Shown: positions 37,208 to 47,496 of the stretch, in pieces | Numbering within the stretch: position 1 is the first letter of the stretch | Layout of the letters: each line of letters begins with the position of its first letter | From: Nannocystales bacterium | Lineage (GTDB): Bacteria; Myxococcota_A; Polyangia; Nannocystales; Nannocystaceae | Reading direction: 5' to 3' | Assembly (NCBI GenBank): GCA_050633305.1 | Contig: JBOEGF010000032.1 | Location: forward strand, 64,001-128,000 | DNA: 64,000 nt | Notes under the pieces: model-generated | Database searches by the model: none | Told to the model about the DNA's origin: nothing | What the model saw: only the letters and a program-made list of their open reading frames with translations | Position numbers and translations under genes: made by a program

Positions 37208-38950
37208 CTACAGGCCGAGGGTCACTTCGGTGTAGGGCTCGGCCACGAAGGTGGCCGTCTTGTCGCCGTAGGTCATCTCGAAGAAGCCAGGGTTCTTCAG
37301 GGTGACCTTCTTGGTGTCGCCTGGAGCCACCTTCGCCCGCTTCTTCCAGGACCGCCCGACCATCTCGACAGCGAGCTCCGCACCGCCCTGGTTGGTGATC
37401 ACGATGATCGCCTTGGGCTCTCCGAAGAACTTGACCGGGAAGGTGTAGAAGCCCTTGATCTTCTTCTCCAGGGACTCGAGCTCATCCTCGATCCCGGGTG
37501 CCCGGTAGGGGTATCCCGCACCCAAGCCTTCAAGCTGCTGGCGAGACCAATCGAGCTCGGACAGCGCCTCCGCAGCCCGGACCACGGTGCCGCCGGGGTA
37601 CTTGACCAACCCCGCCTTGCGCAGCGCCGACTTCTCTTTCTTGTACAGCGATGGCTCCTTCGCAGCGAGATACGCCGCAATGGCCACGTGAACCTCCGGG
37701 AGGTCCTTTCCGTTGCGCTTCGCCAGATCGAGCTCGGTCTTCGCCGCATCGAGCTTGCCACCGTTGACGTAGTCGATGGCCCGCAGCGCAGCGAGGATCG
37801 CGGTGACCTCTTTGTGCCCTTTTGCCGAGGTCTCGACCTTCGCAAGCTTTGCCCGTGCGTCTGTAAGCTTGCGCTTCCCGGCGAGCAACAGCACCTCTTG
37901 GAGCTGCAGGGACGACTTGCCCGGCCGCATTCCGAGGGCCTCCTTGATGTCCGCATCAGCACCCGCGGTGTCGCCTTTGCCCAGCCGGATCTTTGCCCGC
38001 GTGGCGTAGATCGTGGCGACTTGGTCACGGATCTGGTCGAGCCGCTCGGGGGTCAGCTTGAGCTTGCCGCCCGCGGCCGCATCGACGATCGCCATCAAGC
38101 GCGCGAGGGCCTGGTCGGGCTTGCCCTGCCGGTTGAACTCCATCGCCACCTCCATGGCCAGTCCAACCTGCTCTTCGGGCTCAACGCCGACCGGTGCGAG
38201 GTCGAGCAGCTCGTCCGCCAGCGGCACGTCCCCTTGCTCGAGTGCGAGCAGGACAACGGCACGCCGCATCTCGAGATACTGGCGGCGGTTCTCGAGGTCG
38301 TTCTGCATGACGAGCTCGGTCGCGGACTTGAGACCTTTTGCGGAACCCGCGAGGTCCTTCTGTGCGTACCGAGCTCGGACCACCGCGAGCCAGATCGCCG
38401 CGTCAGGAATGATCTCCAGCGCCTTGCCGTAGTCGACTTCGGCCTCTGCCCAGCGGCTCTCCTGCATGAACGCGTCACCCCGCCCGATCAGGAGCACGGC
38501 GGTTTGGCGGTGACAGTTGCGACAGTCGGCCTCTTTGTAGCCGCGCTCCGCGACCTCGAGTGCCTCGGCGAACTTGTAGAGGTCCTGCAGCGCACCGACG
38601 AGACCGGAGTATGCGTCCGCGCTCTTCGGGTCGAGCTCGACGGCCTTGCGAAAGTACTTCTCCGCATTGATCGCCTTGCCCGATTTGTCGGCGGTCTTGC
38701 CGAGCTCGAGGTAGATGTCGCGAAGCTCTTCGGTCGCGAGGTCCCCGAGATCGGCGTCGTTCATCGCCTCGCGATACTTCGCGTCGGCGTTGTCGAGGTC
38801 CCCCTCGCCATCAGCCCACGCAAGTCGGGCGTCATCCAGCGGCGTCGAGCAACCGGCGGTGCCTCCCAAGGCGGTGATCAGAGCAGCGCCCGCGACCCAC
38901 CGAAGCAGGGGGGTCAGGCGTCCAACAGTGCGTAGCGGTGTCCGTTCCAT
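37208..38950 (-). CDS. TPR-repeat lipoprotein
   Basis: TAGC lipobox; repeats such as AEKYFRKAVELDP and YGKALEIIP. Confidence 0.8.
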   Translation of the reverse strand: MERTPLRTVGRLTPLLRWVAGAALITALGGTAGCSTPLDDARLAWADGEGDLDNADAKYREAMNDADLGDLATEELRDIYLELGKTADKSGKAINAEKYFRKAVELDPKSADAYSGLVGALQDLYKFAEALEVAERGYKEADCRNCHRQTAVLLIGRGDAFMQESRWAEAEVDYGKALEIIPDAAIWLAVVRARYAQKDLAGSAKGLKSATELVMQNDLENRRQYLEMRRAVVLLALEQGDVPLADELLDLAPVGVEPEEQVGLAMEVAMEFNRQGKPDQALARLMAIVDAAAGGKLKLTPERLDQIRDQVATIYATRAKIRLGKGDTAGADADIKEALGMRPGKSSLQLQEVLLLAGKRKLTDARAKLAKVETSAKGHKEVTAILAALRAIDYVNGGKLDAAKTELDLAKRNGKDLPEVHVAIAAYLAAKEPSLYKKEKSALRKAGLVKYPGGTVVRAAEALSELDWSRQQLEGLGAGYPYRAPGIEDELESLEKKIKGFYTFPVKFFGEPKAIIVITNQGGAELAVEMVGRSWKKRAKVAPGDTKKVTLKNPGFFEMTYGDKTATFVAEPYTEVTLGL

Positions 38951-39789
38951 TCGTACAGTTCGCGGGTGAAGCCGGAAGAAGAGACGTCGTATACCGAGAA
39001 AGCGGCCGCACGTCCCGGTTTTTGGAGCTTGGACGTACCCGAAGCGATCCCGTGTACGGGTACCGCGCCGGCCGGCCCGGCGAGCTCGGTGTCGGTGCGC
39101 ACATGCTCATGGCCATGCAGGATCAGCTCGGCCCCGGCAGCCGCGATCACCTCCGCGAACGCGGAGCGGTCCGTGAGTGCGTGCTTGGGCTTCGACAGCC
39201 CATCGACCGGCGGATGGTGCACCAAGACAACCCGCGCGAGCCCTTCCTCACCCAGGCTTTGGAGGATCCGGCGCAGACGGGCCAGCTGCTTCGCCCCACA
39301 CTGCCCTGTGGCATCGAACGGCGGGGTTGCGACGGCACTCGAGACCCCGATCAACGCCACATCGTCAAAGCGCTGAACGAAGGGATAATCGCCGGACTCA
39401 CGCTCCCCCTCCATGTAGGGCTGCATGTAGCGCTCAAACCGCTTCTCCCGCTCGCTACCCCGCGTGTAGGTGTCGTGGTTGCCGGGGATGACCGTCACCG
39501 GGACCGGGATCCTCTCGAACTTCTCGACGCACAGCTCGAACTCCGCCTCCAGGGCGAGGTTGGTCAGGTCGCCTGTCACGACAAACCGGTCGAGCCCCAG
39601 CTCCCCGGACTGCTCGACGATGTGGTCGAAGAGCGCCTGGTCGTGCTTCTTTCCGCGGTGCAGCGCGAGGTTGAGCCGCCCCGTGAGTCGCTTGCCCACG
39701 TAGCGCCACGGCATCACGCCGTCGAGACGAAGGAGGTGAATGTCGGAGGTGTGGAGGAACCGCAGCATGAACCGGCCGGGGTCGTTCAT
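38914..39789 (-). CDS. Calcineurin-like metallophosphoesterase (CpdA/Icc-like)
   Basis: SDIH, TGDLT, PGNHD, HHPP, HGHEH; start could be 39768. Confidence 0.9.
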   Translation of the reverse strand: MNDPGRFMLRFLHTSDIHLLRLDGVMPWRYVGKRLTGRLNLALHRGKKHDQALFDHIVEQSGELGLDRFVVTGDLTNLALEAEFELCVEKFERIPVPVTVIPGNHDTYTRGSEREKRFERYMQPYMEGERESGDYPFVQRFDDVALIGVSSAVATPPFDATGQCGAKQLARLRRILQSLGEEGLARVVLVHHPPVDGLSKPKHALTDRSAFAEVIAAAGAELILHGHEHVRTDTELAGPAGAVPVHGIASGTSKLQKPGRAAAFSVYDVSSSGFTRELYEWNGHRYALLDA

Positions 39790-39911
39790 ATCAGACCCGG
39801 CGGGTCCGCTTCTCCTTGAGTTGCATCACACGCGCATCTGCAGGTCGGAAACGACGAAACCGAGCCCGCGGGGTGCTGCGTCCCGCGAGCGGGTGGCATA
39901 CGCTCCGCGTC

Positions 39912-41717
39912 ATGTCCTTGCTCGAAGTCGGCCGCACACACACGTGTGGTGAGCTGCGCCGCGACCACGCTGGTGCTTCCGTCGTTCTCTTCGGATGGGT
40001 GCATCGCCGTCGCGATCTCGGCGCCCGCATCTTCATCCAGCTTCGCGACCGCGATGGCGTCACCCAGCTCGACTTTGCGGCCGAGCTTGGCGAAGAGGCC
40101 TACAAGCTTGGCGAGTCGCTCCGTAGCGAAGACTGCATCGCGATTCGCGGCAAGGTGACCGACCGGGGCGAAAACGCCAACACCGAGATGGCCACCGGGG
40201 AGATCGAAGTCAAGGTCAGCGAGGTCGAGGTCTTCTCCAAGTCCAAGACCCCGCCCTTCGTGGTCGCCGATGACGACCGCCTCGACGCCACCGAGAACCT
40301 GCGCCTGCAGTACCGCTACCTGGACCTGCGTCGTCCGGTGATGCAGCGCAACTTCCGGGTTCGCTCGCAGATCGGCTACTACACCCGCAAGCTGCTGACC
40401 GAGGCTGGCTTCTACGAGCTGGAGACCCCGGCAATGGTGAAATACACGCCCGGTGGAGCCCGCAACTTCCTGGTTCCCAGCCGGATCCACCCCGGGCAGT
40501 TCTACGCACTCGCCGAGTCGCCGCAGATCTACAAACAGCTCTTCATGGTCTCGGGGTTCGACAAGTACTTCCAGATCACCCGCTGCTTCCGGGACGAAGA
40601 CCTCCGCAACGATCGCCAGCCGGAGTTCACCCAGATCGACGTGGAGATGAGTTTTGCGACGCCTGAGCGGATCTTCGAGCCCATGACCGCGCTGATGCGG
40701 ACACTATGGAAAGAGGTCTTGGACGTCGAGTTGCCCGAGACGTTTCCCCGCATGAGCTGGGACGAAGCGATGGCGCGCTACGGATCGGACAAGCCGGACG
40801 TCCGCTTCGGCCTCGAACTCCAAGGCGTGACCGAGCTGGTGCGCGACAGCGGGTTCAAGGTGTTCGACGGCGCCGAGTGTGTCAGCGGCCTGTGCGTCCC
40901 CGCCGACAAAGCGGGAAGCCTGTCCCGCGGGGCCATCGACAAACTCACCGACTTCGTCAAGCAGCGAGAGAGCGGCGGCGCAAAGGGACTCGCCTGGACC
41001 CGCATCGGCGAGGACGGGAGCTGGAGCGGAGCGGTCGGCAAGAACGTCAAGCCCGAGGTCCAGAAGGCCGTTGCCGAGGCGATGGGCGCGAGCCCCGGCT
41101 GCGTCCTGCTCTTCATCGCCGACGAGTGGCACACCACCCACACGGTGCTCTGCAACCTTCGCCTCAGGCTGCGCGACCAACTCGACCTGCTCGCGGGCAA
41201 CGACAAGCCCTGGCAGTTCCTTTGGATCACCGACTTCCCCATGTTCGAAAAGAACGAAGCGGGACAGTTCGTCGCGGCGCACCACCCGTTCACGTCGCCA
41301 CATGATGAGCATGTCGACATCCTCGTGAGCGACCCGGGTGCGGTGCGAGCCAAGGCGTATGACCTCGTGCTCAACGGCAACGAGATCGGCGGAGGCTCGA
41401 TCCGGATCCACCGCAGCGACGTACAAGCCAAGGTCTTCACCGCGCTGGGGCTCACGGACGAAGAGGCTCAGTTCAAGTTCGGGTTCCTGCTCGAAGCATT
41501 CAAGTACGGTCCTCCACCCCACGGAGGCATCGCGCTCGGCCTGGACCGTGTCGCCATGTTGATGACGGGCGCAGAGAGTCTTCGTGACGTGATCGCGTTC
41601 CCAAAAACGCAACGGGGCCAGGACCTCATGACCGGCGCCCCCACGATCGCCGACGAACCCCAACTCGCCGACCTGTACCTCACGCACCGCGACATCCCGG
41701 TCAAAGACAACAGCTAG
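39912..41717 (+). CDS. aspS: Aspartate--tRNA ligase
   Basis: RTHTCGEL, RRDLG, RLQYRYLDLRR, GARNFLVPSR, CFRDEDLRNDRQPEFTQID, PPHGGIALGLDR. Confidence 0.97.
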   Translation: MSLLEVGRTHTCGELRRDHAGASVVLFGWVHRRRDLGARIFIQLRDRDGVTQLDFAAELGEEAYKLGESLRSEDCIAIRGKVTDRGENANTEMATGEIEVKVSEVEVFSKSKTPPFVVADDDRLDATENLRLQYRYLDLRRPVMQRNFRVRSQIGYYTRKLLTEAGFYELETPAMVKYTPGGARNFLVPSRIHPGQFYALAESPQIYKQLFMVSGFDKYFQITRCFRDEDLRNDRQPEFTQIDVEMSFATPERIFEPMTALMRTLWKEVLDVELPETFPRMSWDEAMARYGSDKPDVRFGLELQGVTELVRDSGFKVFDGAECVSGLCVPADKAGSLSRGAIDKLTDFVKQRESGGAKGLAWTRIGEDGSWSGAVGKNVKPEVQKAVAEAMGASPGCVLLFIADEWHTTHTVLCNLRLRLRDQLDLLAGNDKPWQFLWITDFPMFEKNEAGQFVAAHHPFTSPHDEHVDILVSDPGAVRAKAYDLVLNGNEIGGGSIRIHRSDVQAKVFTALGLTDEEAQFKFGFLLEAFKYGPPPHGGIALGLDRVAMLMTGAESLRDVIAFPKTQRGQDLMTGAPTIADEPQLADLYLTHRDIPVKDNS

Positions 41718-43348
41718 TGAACGACCCCAAGCCCGGTCTCACCCGCGTGCACCGACTGGTGCTCGCGGCCCTGTCCATCGTGCCGATGGTGCTGTGCGTG
41801 GCGGACTGGGACATCTGGGTCTTGGGGTACGTCGCGTGGATTCCCCTGCTCGCCGCCGTGGATGGACTCCGGCCCCGCCAAGCCCTGTTCTGGGGTTGGC
41901 TGGTCGGCACCTTCACGGTGTTTTGGGGGTTCTTCTGGATCACCGAGCTCCTGGTCAAGTTCGCGGGCTTCCCGTTGGCGTTGGGGGCTCCGGTCACGCT
42001 GTTGTTCGCGAGCTACCACGGTCTGTTGTGGGGCTTCGCCATGATGCTCACCGTCTGGCTGACCGCCCGTACACGGCTGCCCCTTTGGGTCACCGCGCCG
42101 ATCTGTTGGGTCGTCGTCGAGGCGACGCTGCCGAACATCTTCCCGATCTACATGGCGCAGGGTTGGGCAGCCGAGCCGGTGATGATTCAGACGGCCGAGC
42201 TGGGCGGAGTCACCACGGTCAGCTTCCTGATGGTCGCCACCAACGCGGCGCTCTACGCCGTGGGCCTGCGCTTCTTGCAAACACGCGCCCTCGACAAACC
42301 GGCCGCGATCGCAGCCGGCGTCCTGCTGTTGGGCGTCCCGCTCTATGGCTCGGTGCGGATCTGGCAGGTGGAATCCACGATGGCCGCCGCCGAGCACCTC
42401 AAGGTCGGAGTCGTTCAGGGCAACATGAGCATCGCCGAGATGACACGCCCGCGGCTACGCGACCGTGCCTTCAACGGTGAGCTTCGCAAGAGCCGAGAGC
42501 TGGTTGCCGAGGGCGCGGAACTCATTTTGTGGGGCGAGACCGCCTACCCCAACAGCCGCATCTTCCATCGAGGCAGCAAACAAGAGCCGCCTCAAGGCCA
42601 CCCGTGGCGCCTGCACCAAGGCTTCGATGTTCCGATCATCTTCGGCACGGTGACCCGTGAGGACCCCCGCGGACAGAACTGTGGCTCGATTCACAAGTGC
42701 TGGAACACCGCCCTGCTGATCGGCAGCGACGGAAAAATCTCCGACCGCTACGACAAGGTCTATCGACTCGTGTTCGGAGAGTACGCACCCGTGGTCGACC
42801 CAGAGTGGTACCTGTCTCAGATCCCGACGGCTTCACATCTGCAACAGGGCGAAGGGCCCAAGGCACTGCAGATGGGCGAGCACCGGTTGGGCGCGTTCAT
42901 CTGTTACGAAGACATCCTCCCGCGCTACGTACGGGAGACGGCGAACCAGGGCGTCCACGCCTTCGTCAACCTCACCAACGACGCGTGGTTTGGCAAGACC
43001 CATGAGCCGGCGCAGCACTTGGGCCTGGCCGTCTTCCGGGCGGTCGAGCACCGCAAGGGCATGCTGCGCTCGGTCAACACGGGCATCAGCACCTACGTCG
43101 ACCCCACCGGACGCAAGGTGCACCGGACGGAGGTCACCGACCCCGACATCGAAGGGCCGCAGGAACCCGATGGATTCGTCGCTGACGTGCCCATGATGGA
43201 CCCCGACGCCAAGACGCCGTACATGCTCACCGGCGAGCTGTTCAACGGTCTGTGCATGTTGTCGCTCCTCGTGTTGGGCTGGCGATTCCGCCGAGAAGAC
43301 TCGCCGACCGCTCCGCGCGACGCGGCCGATGTGGCCGATGTGGCCTAA
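41717..43348 (+). CDS. lnt: Apolipoprotein N-acyltransferase
   Basis: Multi-TM N-terminus; VQGN, WGETA, YDKVYRLVFGEY, ICYED, NLTNDAWFG, RAVE, NTGIS. Confidence 0.93.
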   Translation: MNDPKPGLTRVHRLVLAALSIVPMVLCVADWDIWVLGYVAWIPLLAAVDGLRPRQALFWGWLVGTFTVFWGFFWITELLVKFAGFPLALGAPVTLLFASYHGLLWGFAMMLTVWLTARTRLPLWVTAPICWVVVEATLPNIFPIYMAQGWAAEPVMIQTAELGGVTTVSFLMVATNAALYAVGLRFLQTRALDKPAAIAAGVLLLGVPLYGSVRIWQVESTMAAAEHLKVGVVQGNMSIAEMTRPRLRDRAFNGELRKSRELVAEGAELILWGETAYPNSRIFHRGSKQEPPQGHPWRLHQGFDVPIIFGTVTREDPRGQNCGSIHKCWNTALLIGSDGKISDRYDKVYRLVFGEYAPVVDPEWYLSQIPTASHLQQGEGPKALQMGEHRLGAFICYEDILPRYVRETANQGVHAFVNLTNDAWFGKTHEPAQHLGLAVFRAVEHRKGMLRSVNTGISTYVDPTGRKVHRTEVTDPDIEGPQEPDGFVADVPMMDPDAKTPYMLTGELFNGLCMLSLLVLGWRFRREDSPTAPRDAADVADVA

Positions 43349-43537
43349 TACGGCACCCACGGGTGCTTCCTCCGAGTCCCGATGAGCGCCGAGAACACCC
43401 CAATCGGGGGGTCGTGCTCGGCTCTCGGAGAGGACATCCTGGTCTTTTCGGGAGTGTCGAGAGTCCGCCGTCTCTGCGGCAGCGGCACGCCGCCCGCAGT
43501 CGGCGGCGGTCCTACGCGGTACGCTCCGCGCCGATCC

Positions 43538-45367
43538 ATGAAGCCCACGGACGAAGACGAGCGCTCGGCCGACGCGCAGGACCATTGGCAAACACTCAAG
43601 ACGCTCTCGCGCCACCTGTGGCCCACGGATCGTCGGGGGCTTCAGCTACGGGTTGTCGTGGCGCTCACCTGCCTCTTCGGGGCCCGCGTGGTGAGTGTCT
43701 ACGTTCCCGTCATCTACAAGGATGCGGTCGACGCACTCACGCCGACGGACATCGCCCTCGTCCTGCCCCTTGCGGTCATCGTCTCGTACGGGCTCGCGCG
43801 CCTGTCCAGCACGTTGCTCGGGGAGCTCCGAGATTTCGTGTTCGTCCGCGTCTCCCAGCACGCACAACGCACAGTCGCCCTCGATACGTTCAAACACCTG
43901 CACCGCCTGTCGTTGCGATTCCACCTGGACCGGCAGACCGGCGGCCTGTCGCGCGTCATCGAGCGAGCGTTGCGCGGCATGCAGTTCGTTCTGTCCTTCA
44001 TGCTGTTCAACATCTTGCCGACGCTCGTCGAGCTGCTCCTGGTGATGGGCATCATGGCGCTGTACTTCGACTACCGGTACCCGCTCGTGACGGGTGCAAC
44101 GGTCGTCCTGTACATCGCGTTCACGCTCGTCGTGACCGAGTGGCGGCTGAAGTTCCGCAAGGAAATGAACGAGAAGGATTCGGCGGCCAACACCAAGGCG
44201 ATCGACAGCCTGCTCAACTTCGAGACCGTTAAGTACTTCAGCAACGAGAAGCACGAGTACGGCCGCTACGACGTCTCGCTCGCGGGATACGAGTCCGCAG
44301 CGGTCAAGAGCCAGAGTTCACTCTCGCTGCTCAACGTGGGCCAGGCCAGCATTATCAGCGCAGGCGTCGTTTCGCTGATGTACATGGCCGCCTCCGGGGT
44401 CGTCGATCGACAGCTCTCGCTCGGCGATTTCGTGCTCGCCAACACCTACATGATGCAGCTGTTCCTTCCGCTGAACTTCTTGGGCTTCGTCTATCGCGAG
44501 ATGAAGCAAGGCTTCATCGACATGGACAAGATGTTCGAGCTGCTGAGCGTTCAGGCCGAGGTGGAGGACCGCGACGACGCCAAATCGCTCGTCGTTGAGG
44601 GTGGCACGATCGTCTTCGACCACGTCACGTTCGCCTACAACGAAGACCGGGTGATCCTCGATGACATCTCGTTCACCGCGAACGCCGGCGAGACTGTGGC
44701 GATCGTCGGTCCTTCGGGCAGCGGCAAGTCGACCGTGGCACGACTGCTGTTCCGGTTCTACGACCCCCAATCGGGCACCATCTCCATCGACGGCCAAGAC
44801 GTACGCTCGGTCACCCAAGCCTCACTGCGAGAGAGCATCGGTGTCGTTCCCCAGGACACCGTCTTGTTCAACGACTCTGTCGGGTACAACATCGAGTACG
44901 GTCGCCCCGGCGCGTCGCAGGCCGACATCGAAAAGGCAGCCCGGCTGGCCCAGGTCTACGACTTCGTGACCAACCTCGAAAAAGGGTTCGACACCCCGGT
45001 CGGTGAGCGCGGGCTCAAGCTCTCCGGCGGCGAGAAGCAACGGGTGGCGATCGCGCGAACGATCCTCAAGGACCCGCCGATTCTGATCCTTGACGAAGCG
45101 ACGTCGGCCCTCGACACCCACACAGAGCAAGACATTCAGACGTCCCTCGAACATGTTTCCAAGGGTCGGACCACGGTCACGGTGGCGCACCGACTCTCCA
45201 CGATCAAGGACGCCCACCTCATTGTCGTGCTCGACCACGGGAAGATCGTCGAGCAAGGAACCCACGACGCCCTGCTCGCCGCGGACGGCGAGTACGCCTC
45301 GATGTGGAACCTGCAACAGCAAGCCCGAGAGTACGAGGACAAGCTCCGCGAGGTCGTCAAACGGTAG
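43538..45367 (+). CDS. Atm1/ABCB7-like ABC exporter (fused permease-ATPase)
   Basis: LSLRFHLDRQTGG, DSLLNFETVKYF, PLNFLGFVYRE, GPSGSGKST, LSGGEKQR. Confidence 0.93.
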   Translation: MKPTDEDERSADAQDHWQTLKTLSRHLWPTDRRGLQLRVVVALTCLFGARVVSVYVPVIYKDAVDALTPTDIALVLPLAVIVSYGLARLSSTLLGELRDFVFVRVSQHAQRTVALDTFKHLHRLSLRFHLDRQTGGLSRVIERALRGMQFVLSFMLFNILPTLVELLLVMGIMALYFDYRYPLVTGATVVLYIAFTLVVTEWRLKFRKEMNEKDSAANTKAIDSLLNFETVKYFSNEKHEYGRYDVSLAGYESAAVKSQSSLSLLNVGQASIISAGVVSLMYMAASGVVDRQLSLGDFVLANTYMMQLFLPLNFLGFVYREMKQGFIDMDKMFELLSVQAEVEDRDDAKSLVVEGGTIVFDHVTFAYNEDRVILDDISFTANAGETVAIVGPSGSGKSTVARLLFRFYDPQSGTISIDGQDVRSVTQASLRESIGVVPQDTVLFNDSVGYNIEYGRPGASQADIEKAARLAQVYDFVTNLEKGFDTPVGERGLKLSGGEKQRVAIARTILKDPPILILDEATSALDTHTEQDIQTSLEHVSKGRTTVTVAHRLSTIKDAHLIVVLDHGKIVEQGTHDALLAADGEYASMWNLQQQAREYEDKLREVVKR

Positions 45368-45387
45368 GCTGCGGGGTCATCCGACGC

Positions 45388-46245
45388 TCAAGACCCCAGC
45401 CAACGGAGCAGGTCGCTTCGCATCCGAGCGAAGCTCGGCGCGACGTACAGGTGCTCCTGATAGTTCGTCGGGTCGAATGCATCGGCCGCCATGTCATCGA
45501 GGTTCCACGCTCGGTGGTCCACCGCCTCAAACCGGCGCATCTCCCCGAACGAGGACAGCATGCCAGCGCCGTAGACCTTCAGGCGCTCGTCCTCGACGAG
45601 GACCCCGAACTCGATCGTGTACCAGTACACCCGGATCAAGGCGTCCAGGCGTCTGGTGTCCGTGGCCCGTAGCGCTGCCATCCCAAAGGCGTGGTTGAGT
45701 TCGGCCAACTCGGCGTCGGCGAGCCACGGAACGTGCCCGATGTACTCATGCACGACATCCGGTTCCGGGGTGTACAGCGGCTCGCTCTGATGCCGCATGT
45801 ACTGCGTCGCAAAAAAACGTCGGCTTGCGAGCGCCTCGAGGAACACCCGAGGCTGCACCAAGCCTGCGACAGGGAGCAGCGTGAATCCCTGCAACGGTTC
45901 GAGCCTCGCGTTGACCGAGGCGAAGCTGGGGATGACCTCGTGGTCGAACCCGTACGCCTCGCAGGCTTGGCGGTATTGGTGGCACCCAACCCGTGCATGC
46001 TCGGCCTCCAGCTCGGCCCACACGCTTCGCCACACGCCCTGTTCGACGGCGTTGTACTGCACGTCGGGGAACGGGTCCCCTTCGGAGAACTGCCTCGCGT
46101 GCGTGGCGATGGCGTTGCGTCGTCGCCGATACACCGCGTCGTTGAAGCCGGGATGGTCACGCTCAAGTTCGACCAGTTCGATCTGCTCGCCTGAAAAACC
46201 GCCTGGCCGGAGCGTTGGGGCAGCGGTGTCGTCCAGCGGCTCCAC
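45388..46245 (-). CDS. phhA: Phenylalanine 4-monooxygenase
   Basis: DHPGFND..YR.RR, ATQYMRH..PLYTPEPDVVHEYIGH, WYTIEFG, YGAGMLSSFGE; start approximate. Confidence 0.9.
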   Translation of the reverse strand: MEPLDDTAAPTLRPGGFSGEQIELVELERDHPGFNDAVYRRRRNAIATHARQFSEGDPFPDVQYNAVEQGVWRSVWAELEAEHARVGCHQYRQACEAYGFDHEVIPSFASVNARLEPLQGFTLLPVAGLVQPRVFLEALASRRFFATQYMRHQSEPLYTPEPDVVHEYIGHVPWLADAELAELNHAFGMAALRATDTRRLDALIRVYWYTIEFGVLVEDERLKVYGAGMLSSFGEMRRFEAVDHRAWNLDDMAADAFDPTNYQEHLYVAPSFARMRSDLLRWLGS

Positions 46246-46321
46246 GTCTCCAAGCGTAAGCTCGTTGTTCGTCCGTCGCCACGTTGCGCTTCGCGCCAAC
46301 GGGCTTGTTACCCTCTGCGCC

Positions 46322-47038
46322 ATGCGACGCGCATCGCTCCTGTCCCTCGCCGTCCTCCTGCTCGCGTGCGACAAGTCCGGCGACACTCCCGCCGCAGACC
46401 CGAAAGCTCCCGACGAGGCCAAGGCCGAGGAGACGGCCGCGGCCGTACCGGCTCGCAAGACCGCCACCCCACCTCCAGTCACCCCGGCAAACGCCCCACC
46501 AGCCGAGGTTGGAAAACCCGCGCCCGACTTCACCCTGCCGGGCTTGGACGGAGTGGAGGTCAAGCTCTCCAGCTTCCGAGGCAAGACCGTTGTCTTGGAG
46601 TGGTTCAACCCGAACTGCCCGTTTGTGAACAACGCGCACGCAGAAGGATCGCTCAAGACGATGGCCAAGGATGAGGTCGCGAAGGGCGTCGTCTGGTTGG
46701 CGGTCAACTCCGGGGCCCCTGGCAAGCAGGGACATGGGGTGGAAGCAAATACCGTGGGGGTCAAGACGTTCGGACTCGAGCACCCGGTGTTGCTCGACGA
46801 GTCCGGTGCGGTCGGCCGAGCCTACGGAGCCGAGAAGACGCCGCACGTGTTCCTGATCGACGGCGACGGCACGCTCGTGTACCGCGGGGCGATCGACAAC
46901 GCCCCCTTCGGCGAGGTGGATGGCGGCGGGGACGTGATCAACTACCTCGCCAATGCACTCACGGAGCTGAGTGCGGACAAACCCATCACAACACCACAGA
47001 CCGCACCGTATGGCTGCACGGTGAAGTACGGGTCCTAG
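46322..47038 (+). CDS. Thioredoxin/AhpC-TSA (redoxin) family lipoprotein
   Basis: LLAC lipobox; APDFTL, EWFNPNCPFV, YRGAID, YGCTVKY. Confidence 0.88.
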   Translation: MRRASLLSLAVLLLACDKSGDTPAADPKAPDEAKAEETAAAVPARKTATPPPVTPANAPPAEVGKPAPDFTLPGLDGVEVKLSSFRGKTVVLEWFNPNCPFVNNAHAEGSLKTMAKDEVAKGVVWLAVNSGAPGKQGHGVEANTVGVKTFGLEHPVLLDESGAVGRAYGAEKTPHVFLIDGDGTLVYRGAIDNAPFGEVDGGGDVINYLANALTELSADKPITTPQTAPYGCTVKYGS

Positions 47039-47111
47039 AACCGGGTGGATTCAGACCGGGTCCTCGCCCCGTGCGTTGACGTTTCGACCACCTGATACGC
47101 TGAGGACTCCA

Positions 47112-47477
47112 ATGCCCAAACTGCTCGCCTGCCCCCATTGCCAGTTTCACGCACTCTCCAGCGAGTCGCGCTGCCCCCACTGCCGGGCGCAGCTTCGCCC
47201 CGCGAACGGCCGCCTTGCGCTGACCGCGGCTGCCGCCCTGCTGGGCCTGTCTCCGGTGGCGTGTGAGAAGGCGGGACCCGAGCCCGCGCCTCCCTCCGAC
47301 AGCGGAGGCGTCGCGGAGCCCGAGTACGGCGTCCCGGACACAGGTGAGGCGCCGAGCGATCCCGACGCCCAGAACCCCGACGCTCCCGCAGACCCCGACG
47401 GCGACCCCGCCTTCGAGGCGGAGTACGGAGTCCCGGAGCCCGACTACGGTGTCCCCGAGATAGCGACCCAGGACTGA
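47112..47477 (+). CDS. Small lipoprotein-like protein with N-terminal CxxC...CxxC and three YGVP repeats
   Basis: GAGGA RBS; CPHC...CPHC, hydrophobic segment ending PVAC, EPEYGVP / EAEYGVP / EPDYGVP. Confidence 0.75.
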   Translation: MPKLLACPHCQFHALSSESRCPHCRAQLRPANGRLALTAAAALLGLSPVACEKAGPEPAPPSDSGGVAEPEYGVPDTGEAPSDPDAQNPDAPADPDGDPAFEAEYGVPEPDYGVPEIATQD

Positions 47478-47496
47478 GTCAAGCGGGCAGGGGCCT

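Noticed and set aside
46246..46764. Long N-terminal domain on phhA in the ORF track
   Set aside because: It is the antisense of the redoxin lipoprotein gene
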